Position numbers and translations under genes: made by a program. A stretch of DNA of 64,000 bases from an uncultured Nitrososphaeraceae archaeon (GTDB lineage: Archaea; Thermoproteota; Nitrososphaeria; Nitrososphaerales; Nitrososphaeraceae): the NCBI GenBank assembly GCA_963779615.1, contig CAVZZA010000003.1, positions 896,001-960,000 on the forward strand, given 5' to 3'. Under the pieces are notes generated by a model. That model saw only the letters and a program-made list of their open reading frames with translations. It was not told the origin of the DNA and searched no databases. Position 1 is the first letter of the stretch, and each line of letters begins with the position of its first letter. Below are positions 44,350 through 56,530 of the stretch, in pieces.

Positions 44350-44731
44350 GTGAAAAAAATGAATATTTGTTCAGGCTCGTCAGAGTTAATAATTGGATAT
44401 TCAAGATTAGTCAAACTGACAATCGGTATCCATTTCATGTACAACATCAACAGATGAAATGGGAATTTTTGTAGGATCTGGAAAGTCATATTTACAAACC
44501 AAACACATTATTCAAATAATTGAAAAGTCATTGAAAAGGATTGATTCAAACCTAACTGCTGCGGTAAGAACAAGAACACACGTAACTAATATCGAGGAAT
44601 GGAAACTTTTAGGCAGAGCCCATGCTGAATCATCTATAGACATTCAGCCTGCAACAGCCATGGTGGAAGTAGAAAGGCTAGCTTGGCCAAAAATGCTTGT
44701 AGAAATGGAAGCAGATGCAATATTAAAATAA
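44350..44731 (+). pseudogene. RidA/YjgF family remnant
   Basis: VRTRTHVTNI..W...GRAHAE...IQPATAMVEV..L....LVEMEADA; N-terminal IGYSR lies in a different frame. Confidence 0.75.
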
Positions 44732-44818
44732 CCAACCTCATTGCATTTGTTACTGCCCCATCCTCCATAAATTCAACATTGTGTTTGTACTAAGTTTGAT
44801 ATAAATTGAGGTTTTTGG

Positions 44819-45799
44819 TGCCCTGTTGCATAACTATCAATCACTAATTACATACAGATTGTTCAGACCATTCTTGTAAACAGGTTGTACAACGGTACCT
44901 TTATCATATCTCTTTTATCATGTTTTGAAATCGGGCTGATGTTACATGTTCACCAAACATCCGATTGAAGGTTGAAAATACAGTTTTGCCACCCATCTTT
45001 GCCCATACCTTCTTTTCTTTTTCCATTCGAGAAAGTCATTTGTTTGTTGCCCACTTGCTTTATTCCTTACCTTGTTATTTTTGGATGAAACAATGGATTT
45101 CTTTTTACCTTGATTATGGGTTTAATCCTTTTATCATTCAGGAATTTAAATTTTCATTGGAATCATAGGCACCGTCCGCCAATACAGATCTGACCTTTTC
45201 GTTATGGTTGCCATTCAAGATATGTTTAACCAGTTTCTTCATCACTTTTCCATCATGCGTCTTCTCATCCGTTACTTCTAACGCAAGGATTTCCTTGGTC
45301 TTGATGTCTACCGCAACATGGATTTTGAGATAACCTCTATTCTTTTCCCTTCCGACTCCCCACTTGTCATACATCCATTGTTCTCTGTTAGCTACCTTGA
45401 TTCCTGTACTGTCAATCGCAATTATTGGATCTTCATCACCATCTATGATTTAATTGATACCACTTTTCAACTTGTTTGCTCTTCGGTTAATCTGTGAATA
45501 ACTTGGATGATTTGGCAACCTCTTACCTGTACCTTAACTATTCCTTCCTTTTGTCCATATGACAGATGAAAACACAATCTCATGTTACCAATAACCAGAA
45601 TGAATGATTCAGGATACCTGTATTTTTTACATGACTTTTTTCATTCATCTTCGCTATCTTGAGTCCCCAAATCAAGAAAATCATATGAAAAAAGTATCTC
45701 TCCAAGTCGAACTAAGGACCTGTCATAGGAAGGCCAATCAACCACAGATAACGGAATAACCTAAAATAAGCTAAATAGAGGGAGTTATGCAACAAATCA
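44819..45799 (-). mobile_element. Degenerate IS5-family (ISH1-like) element with disrupted transposase
   Basis: TIRs TGCCCTGTTGCATAACT / AGTTATGCAACAAATCA; perfect 8-bp target duplication GTTTTTGG (44811-44818, 45800-45807); fragments IAIDSTGIKV, YLKIHVAVD, LADGAYDS. Confidence 0.92.
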
Positions 45800-46047
45800 G
45801 TTTTTGGCACATTTGAAAACCTTTTACCTTCAACATCATCACTGTTTAGATAAAACATGAAAATCAAATACGATTAATAATATTTTTTATTTAAATCCTG
45901 AGTCAATGGAATTGGCTTTGTTACCTGCAGTGCATATCATTGCTTTTGGCAGTAATACAAGAACAAGAAAATTATCAAGTCATAATATCATGTATTTGAA
46001 TGCCAAAGAAATTCGTTGGCATTGTAAAACAGAATACAAAAAACAAA

Positions 46048-46440
46048 TCATTCCACCTTCCCGTATTCTCTTTCCTTTTTCCAAATACTTCTCTTTTTAT
46101 TCAAAATTTCAAAGTTCTCATAAATATATGGCCTTTTTGTCCTCATTCCCTCAATTATTGGTTTTGCTTTGTGCCAGAATGGAGTAGGATTAAATATGTC
46201 AAAGTAAAGGTCAGGATCTATTAACCCATGAGTCATTAGAACCCCAGACAACTCAAAGAAACCACAAACAGCAATAAAATGGGATTTTTCAATTGAAGAA
46301 TTTGAATATTTCTCTTGATATTCCTCGTAGCTATTCGCATCTAAATTATCCAAAAACCAAAGTCTAGAAGATCTGTGACTATCGTTAATTTTGTAAAGGT
46401 CTAAAATTATGTTCACTTTGCTATTATCAGTAGTAGACAT
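46048..46440 (-). CDS. Hypothetical protein (DUF4760-like)
   Basis: FFELSGVL..GLID..L.F...W.K.KP.I...R....YENFE. Confidence 0.7.
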   Translation of the reverse strand: MSTTDNSKVNIILDLYKINDSHRSSRLWFLDNLDANSYEEYQEKYSNSSIEKSHFIAVCGFFELSGVLMTHGLIDPDLYFDIFNPTPFWHKAKPIIEGMRTKRPYIYENFEILNKKRSIWKKEREYGKVE

Positions 46441-46592
46441 ACATCATAATTCTCTGTAATATGGAATAAATGTGTGTGTTTCTTTTTTGGCTCTTCATTT
46501 AAGGAAAACCCGTATCTTAAGGATATAATATTTCATTTATGGAGTTTTAAAAGAAATGGGATTACAAAATAACAGATATGTCGAATTCTGAG

Positions 46593-46925
46593 TTAGTATA
46601 CTAACCCAGCAGCCATAGTAACATCGGAGGCATTTTTATATGATCTTTCTTCTAATTTATTTAATGCAGACAGTATTTCGTCTTTAGTTTGATCATTAGA
46701 AGACCCTTGCTTAATAAATTCAATTATCTTGCCTTTTTCTGCAGGAAAATCCATATCCTTTAACAGTTGGCCAATTTCAGCAACCTTTGAGTAACTTTCA
46801 ACATTAACTTCTTTTCTTAGCCCTTCTATTGCATTTTGATCACTAATCACCTTTCCCGTATGTCCCTGAGAATCATCTTCTTTAGGAATTTGATCTGCAT
46901 TACCTTCCTTACTAAATTTTTCCAT
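46593..46925 (-). CDS. DUF2795 domain protein
   Basis: LKDMDFPAEK..II...L.KL....Y.NASDV. Confidence 0.8.
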   Translation of the reverse strand: MEKFSKEGNADQIPKEDDSQGHTGKVISDQNAIEGLRKEVNVESYSKVAEIGQLLKDMDFPAEKGKIIEFIKQGSSNDQTKDEILSALNKLEERSYKNASDVTMAAGLVY

Positions 46926-47771
46926 AAAAATATACTGTCTATATTCTATTTAAAGATATGATAGAAAGATATTTAAAAAGAAGGTTTTTAAATTACCCTT
47001 TTTATGTAATTTGCACTATAAGAAGTACAACCATATTAAGAGGCATTTCAAAGGAAGGTTTTCATGCCATTTTAATAATTTTAATAATTTTAATAATACC
47101 ATGATAACATGCACCACATACCATTTTGAGGCGTACCATCCATAGTGTATATCATATAGACATTAGCATGAGTAAAAACAAACTATTGTTATAATAATAA
47201 TGAACATCTTAAATCCCATCAACTTCTATTTCCTTCGTGCTATTACCCAAACGAGGACAATTGTGGATAAAAGAACATGAAATCATACTTTTATATCAAC
47301 AGTACCTAAATTATTAGCAATATGAAAAAAATTAGAGAAGATTTGGCAGAAAATATAATGTATCCATCAAGACTATCATTTGCTTGTGCATTTTATAGAA
47401 TATAAAGTATTATTAACAGATTTTTAAAAGAAAATAAAAAACATTATTGAAGATAAAGTTTTAAGAATTAAGAAGGCCCTGCCTTTTAAAGATATTGTCA
47501 CCTTTTTGTCCGCTCTAGTTCTCTCAAAGAAGAATAGAGATACGCCAAGGGATCAAAAAATCCTGATTTGTCCTCAAGTGCAAATTGAGTATTGCCATCC
47601 AAGCAAGGTAGCTCTCATTACCTAGCATTTAAATTCAAGACTATAAGCAGTAAGGGACTTCCCTTAGACAGTCATTTATACATCATGCATTGCATGATGC
47701 AATACACAAATGCAGTACAAAAAAAACCAGGTGGCTTTAATGTGTATACAATATTCCTTGTTCTTGAGATC

Positions 47772-47978
47772 TCATCTTTTAGATTCATCAACCATCTCTT
47801 TAACTCTGCCAATTATTCCGCTTTCCAACAGAACTTTAATTCCATGAGGATGAGATTCAGAGCTGGTCAGTATCTTTTTTACTACGCCTTCAGTTAACTT
47901 GCCTGTTTTTTGATCAACTTTTTGTATCACTTTTACAAGAGAACCACGTTTTATATTGTCCCGAAAATTGCCTTTCAA
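47772..47978 (-). CDS. YwbE / DUF2196 family protein
   Basis: KVDQKTGKLTEGVV..ILTSS..HPHGIKV.L..G.IGRV. Confidence 0.9.
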   Translation of the reverse strand: MKGNFRDNIKRGSLVKVIQKVDQKTGKLTEGVVKKILTSSESHPHGIKVLLESGIIGRVKEMVDESKR

Positions 47979-48654
47979 CCTAATAACTTTGGAGACGCAA
48001 GATAATAAATTTAGGTTTCATGGAGGCAGATTTGGATACTTTCCATACATACTTCAGCAGCAGTTTTGCCTTTTGCCATATACTGATGCGTTTTTAATAA
48101 ATAAATATTATTTTTAGAAAATTGAGCTATTTATAAATTAAGGAACTATCTTGCTAAATCTATAACATGTAATTAGATGTTTTAATAAAAGTAACACCTT
48201 CAAAAGTTAATAACACTATACAAGTAATTGGATGACACAAATTACAGGCAAGATATAAGAAGATGTTGAAGACTTTGGATTAAACTTAAGGATGAGAATA
48301 GTATCAAATAATACAGATTGATTGACATTGATAATCCCTCCTTTCCATCTACACCATATTGTTAAATCATTGGATCAAACACAAGTAGTAGTCAAGCAGC
48401 ATAGAAAAATTTCAATAAATTAGTGGAAAAGGATCTAATTTCGGGCATAACCATTGAAACACACAAGTACAGTTCATCACACCCCAGAATGATAGCAACA
48501 GATGATAGTTGTTAAAAATAAAAATTTTCATAAAAGACTAAAAAAGACAAAATTTCTTTATAAGAATGTTATAAATTATTATTATATTAGTAAAATACTG
48601 AAAGATATAATATATTCTATTTCCATATCATAATTAGGTACTGTCGGGGAGAAG

Positions 48655-51600
48655 TTGAATTCATTGGCAATTACAACCAGCATTAGAAAAGCACCCATTG
48701 CAATTGGAATTTCCATTATTTTCCTTGTGATTATCGATTTACTTATGACTCGCCAGCTTTTGCCGTACAATGATACTTCTGAAACCCTGATGTTTATACT
48801 AACTATGTCCATTGGATATGGAATAGGTTCATTGATTCTCCTAGAATATGCTCACCGGGTAAGCAAAGAAATCAGAAGTAAATCTCATTTTATCAATATA
48901 ATGCACTGGTCAGTCATTATAATTCAATCTTTATTATTCGGAATACTATTATTAATGCTTCTTCTTGGCAATACTGGCCATTTTTTTTCTCGTACAGTGT
49001 TTGCAGTCAGTTCAATATTTGCGACAATAATCATGTTGGCAATTTCCCTCAAATTCTTTTCATGGTATAAAGCAAGCAATTACAAAACTCCCGTAGTTTT
49101 ATTTTATGCTATTGCGGCTTTAACACTTGCTTTTTCAATAGGAGAAGACGCCGGTACCAAATTATTAATGGTAAATGTAATACAAGAAAAATCACCAGAT
49201 GGAGCACTAACTGGATCATCTTTTCTATATACCTCATCCGAAAAGTACGATGGCCAACTAATATTTAAGGAAGTGAAATCAGATATCACTACATTATATA
49301 TCATACCAAACCCATATCTTGAATTATACAACTATCTAAATTCCATAGTACTTCCCTTAGGGTTTGTATTTAGATGGATAGCTTCCACGATGCTTTTACG
49401 CAACGTATATCAGAGAGTATCCAAACTCCCTATCTCAATATGGATTATACTTTTTCTTCCACTAATACTTTATTTAATCGGAAAAATGCCTGGTTTTTTT
49501 TCTGGCGAAAGCCTGACAGGAATAGATGAAGCGTATCGCTTTTACTTTAGAATTCTTTTTAGAGCTGGAACTATAGCAGGCAATATTCTTTTTGGTCTTG
49601 CTTTTTTTATAGTGGCCAAAAGTTTGACATCCTCAAAAGTAAAAGATTATCTTATTATTGCAGGAATTGGCAACACGATAGTCGGTATTTCCCTTTCCAC
49701 CTCTGCAATTGAACCAACTTATGGAGTAGCCGCTCATTCATTAGTATTATTATCTTCATATTTGTTTACTTTGGGCCTTTACTCTTCAGCAATTTCAGCA
49801 TCCCAAGATCTAAAATTACGTCAATCTATTAGGGAATCTGCAATCGATGAATCAAAACTATTAGTAGGAATTGGATCAGCACAGATGATACAAAAAATAG
49901 AAACGAAGGTAAGGTCAGTTGTGCAAAATGAAAAAGAGCAGTTAGTGGAACATACAGGAGTACAGCCTTCTTTTACAGAATACGATATGAAACAGTATTT
50001 AACTACAGTATTAAAGGAAATTAAAATAATACAAAATATTGACGACATCGTAAAAAAAGAAAGAAACATTTTATCAGACTCTTCAGAATTTCTATTGTGC
50101 TCAAAATCCAATGGATTAAGATTGGCCTATAACAATTACTTTGAAACGTATCAAAAAATAACGGCTAAACAAAAAAATAAAGAACATAAAGGCATAAGAC
50201 TAGTTACATCCATTCTAGATAAGGATGATGTAGATCTGGTTTATAAGTTCCTTAACATAGGTGTGAACGTAAGGCACATCAAAAATATACCTCCAATTGG
50301 CTTTGCCATATCGGAAAAAGAAATGATTGCCACAATACAAAAAACTGAGAGTGGACAGGTAATTCAGAATCTTCTTACAACTAACGAACAAGCATACATA
50401 AAGCACTTTGTTTCCATCTTTGATGAATTATGGAAAAGTGGAATTGATGCCAAGTATAAAATAAATGATATTGAACAGGGTATTGATAATCAGGGAATTG
50501 ACATAATTCAGAATCCTGAAGAAGTTAAAAAATTACTCTATGAACTCATGCAATCAGCAAGAGAAGAAATATTGGGGATATTTTCCACAGCCAATGCATT
50601 TCACCGTCAAGAATATGCAGGCTCTTTTCAATTATTGAAAGAACTGGTAGGATTACATGGCATAAAAGCAAGGATACTTGTACCTGCTGACAACTTAATT
50701 AAGCAAACAATAAACGAATTAGAGACAGGGCAGCTATCAAATAAAATTAACATCAGGTTGATAGAGCCCAGTATGCAAACCAAAGTCTCGATATTAGTAA
50801 TAGACAAAAAATATTCCCTTGTCATAGAATTAAAAGATGACACAAAACAATCTACTGAAGAGGCGATTGGTCTAGCCACCTATTCTAACAGCAAATCCAC
50901 TGTTCTGTCATATTCTTCCATATTTGAAAGCCTCTGGAAGCAAACAGAGCTGTATGAACAGCTCCAAATACACGACAAGATTCAAAAAGAGTTTATCAAC
51001 ACAGCAGCCCATGAGCTGCGGACGCCAATACAGCCAATACTCGGGATAACTGACATTCTCAAGGGAAGTGTAACAGACGACAGGCACAAGGAGTTGCTTG
51101 ATGTCATTGGCAGAAACGCAAAGAGGCTGAAAAAACTATCCGAGAATATCCTGGAGGTGTCAAAAATTGAGAGCAACTCGATGGGCCTAGTTAAAGAGCA
51201 TTTCAGGATTGTTGAGACAATACTTGACAACATCAACAGCTACAAAAACAACACAGATGGCAAAAGCATAAAGTTTGAGTACCGAGTTGGATGGTGATGG
51301 CGACGGTTTGACCGTTTATGGGGACAGCAATGGCATAAGCCAGGTTATCTCAAACCTAATCAGCAACTCCATCAAGTTTATCTCTTTCAAAAAACAAGAA
51401 GGGGGAGTTATCACCATACTCGCTAAACGGAAAAGAATTGGTGAACAGAATGAAGGTGTTAAAGAAATGGTTATTGTCAGTGTAAAAGACACGGGCATTG
51501 GAATTGATGAAGAAGTTTTTCCAAGGCTGTTTACAAAGTTTACTACAAAATCATTTCAGGGAATTGGCCTTGGACTCTATATCTCAAAAAACATAGTGGG

Positions 51601-51694
51601 AGCGCATGGTGGAAGCATATGGGCTGAAAACAATAAGGATGGGCGAGGAGCTACCTTCTCATTTAGCATGCCTTTAACAGCTAAAAATAAATAA
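48655..51694 (+). CDS. Multi-TM sensor histidine kinase; one extra base near 51283
   Basis: About 10-12 TM helices, two repeated soluble domains ending FxxLW, H-box FINTAAHELRTPIQPI; N, G1 and G2 boxes lie in ORF 51275-51694 and join in frame if one base is removed. Confidence 0.88.
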
Positions 51695-51979
51695 TTTTGT
51701 CCATCACTTTTAATCCACAATTGTTAAAGATTTAAAGAAAGATTTTGTAACGTATCACAACGTACTATTGTGATTGAAGACTGATAAACAATAACAAGAC
51801 AAATAAATCATTTGTCTATTTATATAACTATCCTATCTGAAAATTTTTTTTTGGCCTTTCACTTTATCATATTTAATTTATAGGCAAGATATTTTTCTTT
51901 ACTGCCAAAGTAGCAAAAAAAACAGTGCATATTTTAATTGCAAGCACCTCAAAAAAACTAAGATAATCAATGTAGTAAC

Positions 51980-52270
51980 AAACACTGTTTTTCATTCTTT
52001 ATTTTGGGGTTTCGTTGCCAGTATTCCTTCTATTATTAGGATCTATCTTGGCTTTGTTGTCAAGTTTGCCAAGATCAATAATTGCTACTATAATGGCTTT
52101 TGGTAGTGGAATGCTGATTGCTGCTTTAGCTTTTTCATGGACAGAAGAATCATTCAGCTGACTCAATCTTTTCCCCTGTCATAATAGCATCATTGCTGGA
52201 GGATTTTCATATACAATAGAAAATCATGATTTAAACAAAAAATCATCAAGCAAGTCTAGAAAAAAAGAAG
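51980..52270 (+). pseudogene. ZIP/GufA-type transporter N-terminal remnant
   Basis: SLFWGFVASIP / IIATIMAFGSGMLIAALAFSWTEESF across frames; boundaries approximate. Confidence 0.6.
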
Positions 52271-52451
52271 GCAATGTGTATGAATGGCATAAAGTGGATA
52301 TAGGTGTGAATTATTTAAAAAATTAGGGACGACATCAAATGTTTTGGTGTATATTGCCATACCATTTAGGTTTAAACAAAAAATTGAGTCAAGTATACCT
52401 AATTAAAATTTTTACTAAAACAAATTAAGAGGATATTGCATGTATAACCAC

Positions 52452-52646
52452 TTATGTTTTTGGAAAAGGATCTATTTTTTGCTCTGGCGAAATTTCCTCT
52501 TTTGAATTATTGGACTGACCCTGTTTATGAGCATGATTGACATGATCTTCTAATTCGTCTTTATTACGAGCAACTAATCCACACATACCACATGTTTGTT
52601 GTCTTGATTCATCGGAGTTTATTCGACTTTGACCCATTATACTCAC
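52452..52646 (-). CDS. Small C2H2 zinc-finger protein
   Basis: CGMCG......ELEDHVNHAH. Confidence 0.7.
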   Translation of the reverse strand: MSIMGQSRINSDESRQQTCGMCGLVARNKDELEDHVNHAHKQGQSNNSKEEISPEQKIDPFPKT

Positions 52647-54034
52647 ATCATTTAGATCATATTTATGAATTTATATTACAAATCGTTTTCACTGTCAGAA
52701 CCATAGAACTCAAATGGCTAAACGTTTTTGATTGATTCAACAATTATTTCCTCTATGACATTTCTGCCAATAATTTTTCCCCCATCACAATCGTTTCAAA
52801 TTGTATTTTGATATCCCCAAAATGAATTAAAAGTATCAACAGTATAAAGAACTACAAAAGAAAACTCATGAATGGGAGAACTAAGATGATTTATTTGATA
52901 CTAGTAATAGTAATAACAACATTGATAAAAACAATAATGCCCCCCACCCGAACAAAATTAGATATTGTGCTATCCTATCCTACTATACATTTCAAAAATA
53001 ACAGAATTACTCAAAGCAAAATTTGAGAAATTTTAATTAAAGCATATCAATTAAGTTATGCTTGTTGAAATGAATTTTTTATGCATTAAGGATTGATGGA
53101 ATCTCACATGGCATAATGCTTTAAATCAAGTGATGTATACTACTTTTTTTATACAAAAGATTTCATCAAACTATTTAATCTAAATTCACAATCTTTCTAT
53201 TTTTTACAGGCACATTATGTAATTCACCATTATTAAAGTTAGGAGATGTTTAAAAAACTGTTGATAACCTACGGGTCTTATTTCGTATATAGCGAAACCA
53301 CTTTTAGGTATAATTACTACATGGTTTGTTACGGTGGAGTGGAATGCTCTTCTTCTTCACTTAGATAACTATCACTCAATGTCTCTTCAACATCATAATC
53401 GTTTTCACCATCATCCAAATTTTCTTCTCTATGGATTTTTTCTATTGCTTTGTCTTGGTTTTGGACATCGTCACTCAGAGCCGATATACATAAACAAAGT
53501 ATATCATACTGTATTTGAGTTACGCATCTTTTTTAAATGCATTTGAATATTGAACTTGATTTTCCATCATGGTAATTTATACAAAATAATATTATAACCA
53601 AGCAATTAAAAAAACTAACACAGGATCAATATTTTAAATAATCATCATTTTTTTCAACAATTGAATTTCCGAACGAGAATATAAATATCCAAAGGTATCG
53701 CCTATCAATTAGAATTATATGAAAATATTCTATAATGTTGATTCAACATATGCTAACTAACAGGCATATCTTCAATAAAAGGTTTGGAATAAAATACATT
53801 GTTTTACAATATAATCGAATGCTTTTTTTGTTAGCCCTTGGAAACTATCAAAATAGGCAGTTACTTTATAGTATAACCTGAGTTTTCTAGAATACTCAAC
53901 CACAGAAATGGTAAATGTACAAGTAACTCACCTAGCAATACATTTCTTTACTTTCAAATTAAAATAAATTAATAGCTATTTTGTGGTATTTTGAATACTA
54001 TTTCAAATTTCAAGTATAGATTGCATTCATATAT

Positions 54035-54056
54035 AAAAAGAGCCCTTAGGGGCTCT
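54035..54056 (-). terminator. GC-rich hairpin followed by a U-tract on the minus strand
   Basis: Plus strand AAAA-AGAGCCC-TTAG-GGGCTCT. Confidence 0.4.
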
Positions 54057-54520
54057 AGCCGTTTATACCGTTTAGATATTAACGGAGAACTTTGGAAATA
54101 CTATGATTATAACATATTTAAGGTTTACGATTAATAGTTTTATCAACATTCCTTTATTCGGATAGTCAAATTCAAACGCGAACCCTCGCAACAAACTTTG
54201 AGTGAAATGTGCTAACATGTGTATATGAAAGTTGCTCTTCCGCCATCTAAGGTCTGCAGTAATTGACATACTTCTAGCATTATATGACATAGGTAAAAAA
54301 GATGAATAAAATTAAAATTGGAATAAAGTCAAAAGCCATTGTTAAAATCAAAAGACAAAGGATCGGAATTGGGTAATCACAGCTAAAATCAAAAAAGACG
54401 CAACTAATCACAATTTATTGTTCAAATCAAATGCTAGAACTACCTGTACCGAGGATATGAGAAGAAGAGAAAGAAATTGGTTTTCGTTATTATCAATATG
54501 AAGGTCGTGATAGGCACAAG

Positions 54521-54928
54521 TTATTTTTTTAACGCTATCTTATTTATAATGTCCTTCACTAAATAGGAGTTTTCTTGTATAGAAGCATTTCCTATTGGAA
54601 ACAAATTATAGTTATGTTTTAACAAATCCATGCAACGATCTAAATCTTTGTCATAAACATATAAGACACTCCTAAAAAGGCCAATATTTTTGTGTCTATT
54701 TGGGTTTTCAGTTGATTCAACAAGATTACGGATATTTGATAAATAATACTCTTTAGTTTTATTTAATGATTTATCGATTCTTTCAAAGAAATCAATTAGA
54801 ACAAAATTATTGTTATTTTGCCTCTCATTTTTAATTTCAATCTTTATTTTATCCTTATAAAACTCAAATGCTTTATGTATTACATCAGAATAACTTAGAT
54901 AATTATTTTTTGCATCACCCGGATTCAC
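54521..54928 (-). CDS. Hypothetical helical protein
   Basis: 135-aa ORF with GTG start; no motif recognised. Confidence 0.5.
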   Translation of the reverse strand: MNPGDAKNNYLSYSDVIHKAFEFYKDKIKIEIKNERQNNNNFVLIDFFERIDKSLNKTKEYYLSNIRNLVESTENPNRHKNIGLFRSVLYVYDKDLDRCMDLLKHNYNLFPIGNASIQENSYLVKDIINKIALKK

Positions 54929-55309
54929 AGATATCTAATTTTATTTAAATCATATCGATGTATATTTTTTTTCAACAACATGTGATACCAAAGGTCTTTT
55001 TCTTATTTTCAAGCAATAAAAAATTTTTTAAGACAAATATAGCCTAAAATAAAAAAAACTAATTCCGATTTTTTGGAAACTTGGTAGACAGATTAGGTTA
55101 AGTTTTTTAAATCTATAATGTTGAACATCGGGTATCTCCCACTCTTTATCAAATAGTTAATAAAATAACAGACTTCACAACCATACAACAAAGCATTGTC
55201 TATCTCTCATTCATAATGAGTAGTTTTCGTTATCCTTTTTCATGTAATTGTATTAAATCGAAATGCTTGATACACATATTAGAAAGATTTCGTATAGGTG
55301 AAGTAAATT

Positions 55310-56530
55310 ATGACCAATAATGGCGATGAGGATGATTTATTAATAAAGCCATATGAATTAAAGAAAAAAATAGACAAAGGAGAAGACATATTTATTTTAG
55401 ATGTAAGAGACCATGAAGAACACAAGTCATGGAAAATTTCTTATGATAAACACCAAGATTCGATAGTGATTCCCATAGATGACTTATCCTACCCTCAATC
55501 ACTAGAGCAGATTCCAAAAGACAAAGAAATTGTTGCCTTTTGCGCTCGCGGAAATAGGTCTATGAGCGCAGCTAAAATGCTTTCAAAGCATGGGTATAAA
55601 GTAAAAAGTGTAGAGGGGGGACTAGCAGGCTGGAATACCGTATATGATGTAGCTCTAGTTACTGGTAATGATTCTCCAATCTATATTTGGCAGATAAGGC
55701 GGATATCTAAAGGATGTATAAGTTATTTGGTTGCTAGTTCTCACAGTAAGAACGCGATAGTTATAGATGCAACCTGTGAGGTAGACAATGCAATTAGCAA
55801 TATTATAAGCGAAAACAGGCTAAAACTAACAAAAGTAGTAGACACTCACATACATGCAGACCACTTATCTGGTTCAACAAGATTAGCGAAGAAATATGGA
55901 GCCGTTATTTATCTAAGCTCTTTAGAGGACTACATCACGAAAAACAACATTCACGGATTAAACTTACAATTAATTAGTAATGGTGACACAATTAAAATCG
56001 ATGAAGAGTTTATTCTAGAAGCAATTCACACTCCCGGGCACACAAATGGAAGTATTTCTATTAAGATTCAAAAGAGAACTGATAGCTTTGGTGAAGTGGA
56101 CTACCACTCCATAAAAAAAAACCAGACTAACAACATGTACATATTTGTTGGCGATACCATATTTATAAACGGTATAGGAAGGCCAGATCTTCACAATAAA
56201 ACAGAAGAATATGCACACCAGTTATTCAATACCTATCATCAAAAAATATTGAATCTCCCCACAAAGACCGTTGTTCTCCCTGCTCACCATAGTGATACAT
56301 TTGAGCACGAAAAACCAATTTATGGAACAATCAAGTCAATAAACCAAAATATAGATTTGCTTTCTGTGTCCGAGGGCGAATTTGTTAAATTCGTTGCCGA
56401 AAACATTCCTCCTCACCCAATGAATTATGAGAAAATCACTTTAATAAACAAGCAAATGATCTCATGTGACGAAATAGAACAAAAAGATATCGAAAGCGGA
56501 CCTAATGCCTGCGGAATAACGAAGCAGTAA
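55310..56530 (+). CDS. Rhodanese / metallo-beta-lactamase fusion (persulfide dioxygenase-like)
   Basis: ILDVR, CARGNRS, VEGGLAGW; THIHADHLSG, HTPGHT, GDTIF...GRPDL, PAH. Confidence 0.9.
   Translation: MTNNGDEDDLLIKPYELKKKIDKGEDIFILDVRDHEEHKSWKISYDKHQDSIVIPIDDLSYPQSLEQIPKDKEIVAFCARGNRSMSAAKMLSKHGYKVKSVEGGLAGWNTVYDVALVTGNDSPIYIWQIRRISKGCISYLVASSHSKNAIVIDATCEVDNAISNIISENRLKLTKVVDTHIHADHLSGSTRLAKKYGAVIYLSSLEDYITKNNIHGLNLQLISNGDTIKIDEEFILEAIHTPGHTNGSISIKIQKRTDSFGEVDYHSIKKNQTNNMYIFVGDTIFINGIGRPDLHNKTEEYAHQLFNTYHQKILNLPTKTVVLPAHHSDTFEHEKPIYGTIKSINQNIDLLSVSEGEFVKFVAENIPPHPMNYEKITLINKQMISCDEIEQKDIESGPNACGITKQ

Noticed and set aside
47070-47097. (TTTTAATAA)3 tandem repeat
   Set aside because: Low-complexity AT repeat expected in this composition
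48250-48520. Possible HTH regulator remnant upstream of the histidine kinase
   Set aside because: Too degenerate to assign by eye
53329-53478. Acidic 49-codon minus-strand frame (LSDDVQNQDK...EEEEHSTPP*)
   Set aside because: Looks protein-like but has no canonical start at its 5' end; cannot be supported without homology
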